A DNA stretch of 64,000 nucleotides from Alphaproteobacteria bacterium (lineage in GTDB: Bacteria; Pseudomonadota; Alphaproteobacteria; MPNO01; UBA830), in contig OZ219790.1 of the NCBI GenBank assembly GCA_964291215.2, forward strand, positions 1 to 64,000, read 5' to 3'. This document shows, one piece after another, positions 60,333-64,000 of the stretch (position 1 is its first letter; each line of letters begins with the position of its first letter). The notes beneath the pieces are model-generated. The model was not told where the DNA came from and searched no databases. It was given only the letters and a program-made list of their open reading frames with translations. The translations under genes were made by a program, and so were the position numbers.

Positions 60333-61085
60333 ATGGCTACAAACAAGTACGGCAAGGAGGCCGCCGAAGGCGTGATTGCGCTGCGCGAGGCATGGCACAC
60401 GAAGGATCATCCATTTTACATGGACTTCTTCCACGGCAAAATTGGTCTTGAGCCCATGGCCAGGCTGATGGCTCAGCACTATCAGCATGTCAGGCGGGTG
60501 TTGCCGAGCCTTGGAATCCTCTATTACAAGGGTCCGCCGGAAGCCCGCGAATTCGTGCTCGAGAACCTGGCTGAAGAAGAGGGGATGATTGCCGGACCGG
60601 GAGAGGACCGGGAGCCCCATGACCACATGGAACTGATATTCCGTTTCTGCAGAGCGGCGGGAATGACTGATGAAGAGGTTAAGGCAACCGAACAGCTCCC
60701 CGCGTGGCGAGCCCGCTCCTATTTCTATCTCAACACGGTGCAGGACATGCCGATCGGCGTGGTCCTGGCGATGCAGAGCACGCAGGAAGGGCAGCAGCCG
60801 GCGATTAACGGCGAGCGGACGCTGCCAGCGTTCGAGAAATACCATGGCTATGGCCCCGGCGCGCCCGAGATCGAGTTCTTCACCGAACATCACGTTGCCG
60901 ACGCTGACCATTCGAGCCGTCAGCTCCAGCTGGTCGAGGAACTGATCACCTCTCCGGAACTGCGCGACCAGGCGCTTGAAGTGGCCGAGACCCAGGTCAA
61001 GACACGCTGGGCCGGAATGAACGACATCTACCGGACGGCGGTCCTCGGAGAACGCGATCCGCTGCCGGCGGCGGTTGCCGCCTGA
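60333..61085 (+). CDS. Heme-oxygenase-like diiron enzyme (PqqC/CADD-like)
   Basis: HPFY, ENLAEEE..HDH, E, H...D..H ligand spacing. Confidence 0.75.
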   Translation: MATNKYGKEAAEGVIALREAWHTKDHPFYMDFFHGKIGLEPMARLMAQHYQHVRRVLPSLGILYYKGPPEAREFVLENLAEEEGMIAGPGEDREPHDHMELIFRFCRAAGMTDEEVKATEQLPAWRARSYFYLNTVQDMPIGVVLAMQSTQEGQQPAINGERTLPAFEKYHGYGPGAPEIEFFTEHHVADADHSSRQLQLVEELITSPELRDQALEVAETQVKTRWAGMNDIYRTAVLGERDPLPAAVAA

Positions 61086-61112
61086 GCGCCGGGCGCCCGA
61101 CCGGGCGTTCTG

Positions 61113-62066
61113 TCAGCCGTCGAGATAGAGGAGCGTTTCCGGCATGGTGCCGCCGGCGGGGAAACCGCCGTCGGTCGTGGAAGCGCGCTCCAGATCTATC
61201 CTCGTGATGTCGCCGTTGGCGAGCGCGACGAGCGCGTGGCGCCCATCGGGTTCGGGAAGAGCATGGAACGGTTCCGCGGGCACCTCGACCACCCTTCGGG
61301 ATGTCAGGTCGCCGCTATCGAGCAGTTCCACGTAGCCGCGGTCGCCCGGCTCGTCGTAGGTCGTCACGATCAGCAGCCGACCGTCGCCGCTGTTGAACGG
61401 CCAGCCCGGCACGCCGGCAAGAGGGACCGACTGCACTACCTCCCGGGACGACAGTTCGACAACATGGAGCAGCGGCCGGTGAAAATCTCCGACATAGAGC
61501 TTCGTGCCGTCGGCTGACACGCGAATCGCCTGCGCCCCGACCGGCACCGGAATGCGGCCGACAATCCGCCGCGCTGCTACGTCAACCTCGACAACGACAG
61601 GATATTCCTTGGCCGAAAACCACACGGTAGCGCCGTCGGGCGACGCCGCGAGAAAATGCCCGGGAACCTCAAGCCAGATCGAGTGCTCGATCTCCCGGCT
61701 CACGGGATCAATGACAAGAACGCAGCGGTTGTGGTCGACCGTCACCCAGATGCAGCCTGCGGGATCGGTCATCATCGCGTGTGGCCCGCGATAGAGGCCG
61801 AGATCCACATGCCCGTCAAACGCCATGTTTTCCAGATCGACGACGCCGAGCCGGTTGTCCGGTGTGTTGAGGCCGTAATCCCTGTCCCCATAGAGCGAGA
61901 CGAATGCGTGCTTGCGGTCTGCGGTTAGCGCGATCTCGTGGGGCTTGGCGACATCCTTTTCTCCGACCGGGACGACGGCCAGCGTCTCACCGTTCGTCGC
62001 GTCGAATGCGGTCAGGCTGACGTTTTCCTTGACCGTGGCAAGGATGATTCCGGGGCCTTCGCTCAT
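61113..62066 (-). CDS. YncE/YVTN beta-propeller protein
   Basis: Repeats PH.IAL..D, IPV....A.R.S.DG.KLYV. Confidence 0.75.
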   Translation of the reverse strand: MSEGPGIILATVKENVSLTAFDATNGETLAVVPVGEKDVAKPHEIALTADRKHAFVSLYGDRDYGLNTPDNRLGVVDLENMAFDGHVDLGLYRGPHAMMTDPAGCIWVTVDHNRCVLVIDPVSREIEHSIWLEVPGHFLAASPDGATVWFSAKEYPVVVEVDVAARRIVGRIPVPVGAQAIRVSADGTKLYVGDFHRPLLHVVELSSREVVQSVPLAGVPGWPFNSGDGRLLIVTTYDEPGDRGYVELLDSGDLTSRRVVEVPAEPFHALPEPDGRHALVALANGDITRIDLERASTTDGGFPAGGTMPETLLYLDG

Positions 62067-62097
62067 GGTGATACCTCCCGCCGTCGATCTCGGGGAG

Positions 62098-62187
62098 TGG
62101 CGGATGGGGTGGGATTCGAACCCACGAGACGCGCAAACGCCTGCTGGTTTTCAAGACCAGTGCCTTCAACCGCTCGGCCACCCATCC
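62098..62187 (-). tRNA. tRNA-Ser (TGA)
   Basis: GGATGGGTGGCCGAGCGG...CTTGAAA...long variable arm...GGTTCGAATCC...CCGCCA, 90 nt. Confidence 0.96.
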
Positions 62188-62337
62188 TGCGGCGGAGGAC
62201 TCCTAGCAGATGTCGGGCAGTGGCGGAACCCAAGAATATTCGGGGAAGCCAGGCTCGTCTTGCTGATCACCGACCCCGTTCATGACGTTCGGGCACGATG
62301 ATTCCGCGGTCCCTGACGGTTATCGGAGCGGCACTTT

Positions 62338-63837
62338 CTATCCCATCGTGCCCGGGAGCCACGTCGCGAGGCCCGGAACCGCGACCAGAGTCGCGATCAG
62401 CAGTACTTCGGCCACGACGAAGGGCAGAACACCGGAGTAGATTCGCGACAGCGGCACGTCGGGCGCCATGCCCTTGATGATGAAGACGTTCATTCCGACC
62501 GGCGGAGTGATCAGCCCGAGCTCGACCACCATGACGACGATGACGCCGAACCAGATCGGGTCAAACCCGAGCTGCAGCACGATCGGGAAGAAAATCGGGA
62601 TCGTCAGCAGGATCATCGCGAGCGAGTCGAGCGCGCAGCCCAGAAGCAGGTAGATCAGCAGGATTACCGCGATCGTCAGAAGCGGCCCGGCACCCAGACC
62701 GCCCACCCAACCGCCCAGCGCATCCGCAAGCCCGCCCAGAGTGAGAAACTTGTTCAGGAGAATGGCGCCGATCAGGATCGTGAAGATCATCGCCGTGGTC
62801 CGGGTCGTCTCAAGCAGACAGGAACCCAGCCGCTTCCCGGCGAAGATCCCGAGCCAGATATAGATCGCATGGGCGGCGAGGATTCCGGCATAGGCGAGAT
62901 ATCCGACCCAGCCGGGCCAACCCGTGGGCTCGACGCCCGTCGACAGGTTGATGACCACGGCGACGAGCAACACCAGCAGCGAGGCGACGAGCAGCAGATT
63001 TGCCCCACGCAACAGCCGTTTGCGGTGCACCGGCGCGTCGCGGGTCCAGGTGTTGACCGCGAGATCGAATGCCCCCATTGCGCCGATCCCGGCGGCTTCG
63101 GTCGGCGTAAACGCGCCGGTATAGATGCCGCCCATCACCAGGACGAACAGCACGATGGTCGCCCATACATCCCTGATCGCGGCCAGTTTCCTGCGCGTCG
63201 AGGCCCGTTCGCCCGGTGGACCCATCTCGGCGTTGCGGTGCGCGATGATCGATACCGTCGCCATGAAGACGATTACGGTCAGAATGCCGGGGATGATGCC
63301 CGCGGCGAAAAGCTGGCCGATATCCGACTCGGTCAGGATGCCGTAGAGCACCAGGATGACGCTCGGCGGGATCAGGATCCCGATGGTGCCGCCGGCGGCA
63401 ATCGCACCCGTCGCCAGCCGCTCGTCGTAGCGGTACCGGCGCATCTCGGGCAGCGCGACCTGGCTCATCGTCGCCGCCGTGGCGAGACTGGACCCGCAGA
63501 TCGCGGCGAACGCTCCGCAGCCGCCGATCGTCGCGAGCGCCAGACCGCCGCGCCGGTGCCCCAGCCACGTGTTGCACGACCTGTAGAGGTTCTTCGACAG
63601 CCCGGAGCCGGTGGCGAAGAAACCCATCAGGACGAACAACGGGACCACGCTCAGTTCGTTGGTGATCACCGTTTCATAGACGGTAAGTCCGAGCAGCGAC
63701 AGCGACGGCCCCACGCCGATCAGCAGGACCGCGCCGACGGTGCCGATCGCACCCATCGCGAAGCCGATCGGCATGCCCATGGCGAGCAGCACGAACATCG
63801 CGGCGAGGCCAACGAGGTTCAGGACGATGGGGTCCAT
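62338..63837 (-). CDS. dctM: TRAP transporter large permease
   Basis: VPLFVLMG, GSSLATAA, GILIPPS, FTPTEAA, ITPPVGMN. Confidence 0.93.
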   Translation of the reverse strand: MDPIVLNLVGLAAMFVLLAMGMPIGFAMGAIGTVGAVLLIGVGPSLSLLGLTVYETVITNELSVVPLFVLMGFFATGSGLSKNLYRSCNTWLGHRRGGLALATIGGCGAFAAICGSSLATAATMSQVALPEMRRYRYDERLATGAIAAGGTIGILIPPSVILVLYGILTESDIGQLFAAGIIPGILTVIVFMATVSIIAHRNAEMGPPGERASTRRKLAAIRDVWATIVLFVLVMGGIYTGAFTPTEAAGIGAMGAFDLAVNTWTRDAPVHRKRLLRGANLLLVASLLVLLVAVVINLSTGVEPTGWPGWVGYLAYAGILAAHAIYIWLGIFAGKRLGSCLLETTRTTAMIFTILIGAILLNKFLTLGGLADALGGWVGGLGAGPLLTIAVILLIYLLLGCALDSLAMILLTIPIFFPIVLQLGFDPIWFGVIVVMVVELGLITPPVGMNVFIIKGMAPDVPLSRIYSGVLPFVVAEVLLIATLVAVPGLATWLPGTMG

Positions 63838-63858
63838 CGCGGGCGAGCGGAGTCCGGA

Positions 63859-64000
63859 TCAGCCGGCGTTGACGCCGGCCGGAGGATCGGGCTCGGCCGG
63901 AGCCTCCAGCCCGGCGGCGATACGGATCGCCCGGAGCCACTGGATTGCGAGCGCGGCAAGCATGACCAGCGAGCACAGCACCATGACCGTGGTCACGGGC
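63859..64000 (-). CDS. TRAP small permease, 3' part
   Basis: Hydrophobic C-terminal helix ending just upstream of dctM. Confidence 0.55.
   Translation of the reverse strand, partial: PVTTVMVLCSLVMLAALAIQWLRAIRIAAGLEAPAEPDPPAGVNAG

Noticed and set aside
62098-62187. tRNA-Ser as attB for the island
   Set aside because: No duplicated tRNA 3' end or adjacent integrase; island ends are explained by the IS TSD and the CGACGC cores

Overview
High-GC bacterial DNA that appears to join two different genomes at about 9,500. Bases 1-9,500 have a gammaproteobacterial-type gene order (holC-pepA-lptFG-RDD-dcd-apbC-phoBR-ppx'). The rest is alphaproteobacterial-type: mrp antiporter, a TPP-riboswitch ABC importer, an aromatic catabolic cluster, gpt, mfd-sdhE-recG, egtD, tRNA-Ser and a TRAP transporter. 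The main result is an 18.7-kb nested mobile island at 23571-42254. It is one ISAs1-family IS with a DUF4338-like N-terminal domain, terminal inverted repeats and a 9-bp target duplication (CGGCGCGTT). A group II intron has inserted into it. So have two tandem, related integrative elements of about 7-8 kb, both at a CGACGC core in the transposase 'D-A' codons. Each element carries two tyrosine recombinases joined in frame, a higBA module and a conserved end of about 250 bp, but different cargo. Element A carries an RTX-like protein whose promoter has a poly-G spacer, plus a decayed TbpB-like surface protein. Element B carries an MmeI-like type IIL RM enzyme and a putative nuclease. An IS256 sits inside the first recombinase of element A. 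MITEs related to the same ISAs1 family occur at about 12.5 kb and 58.7 kb. All assignments come from reading motifs by eye; no database searches were run.
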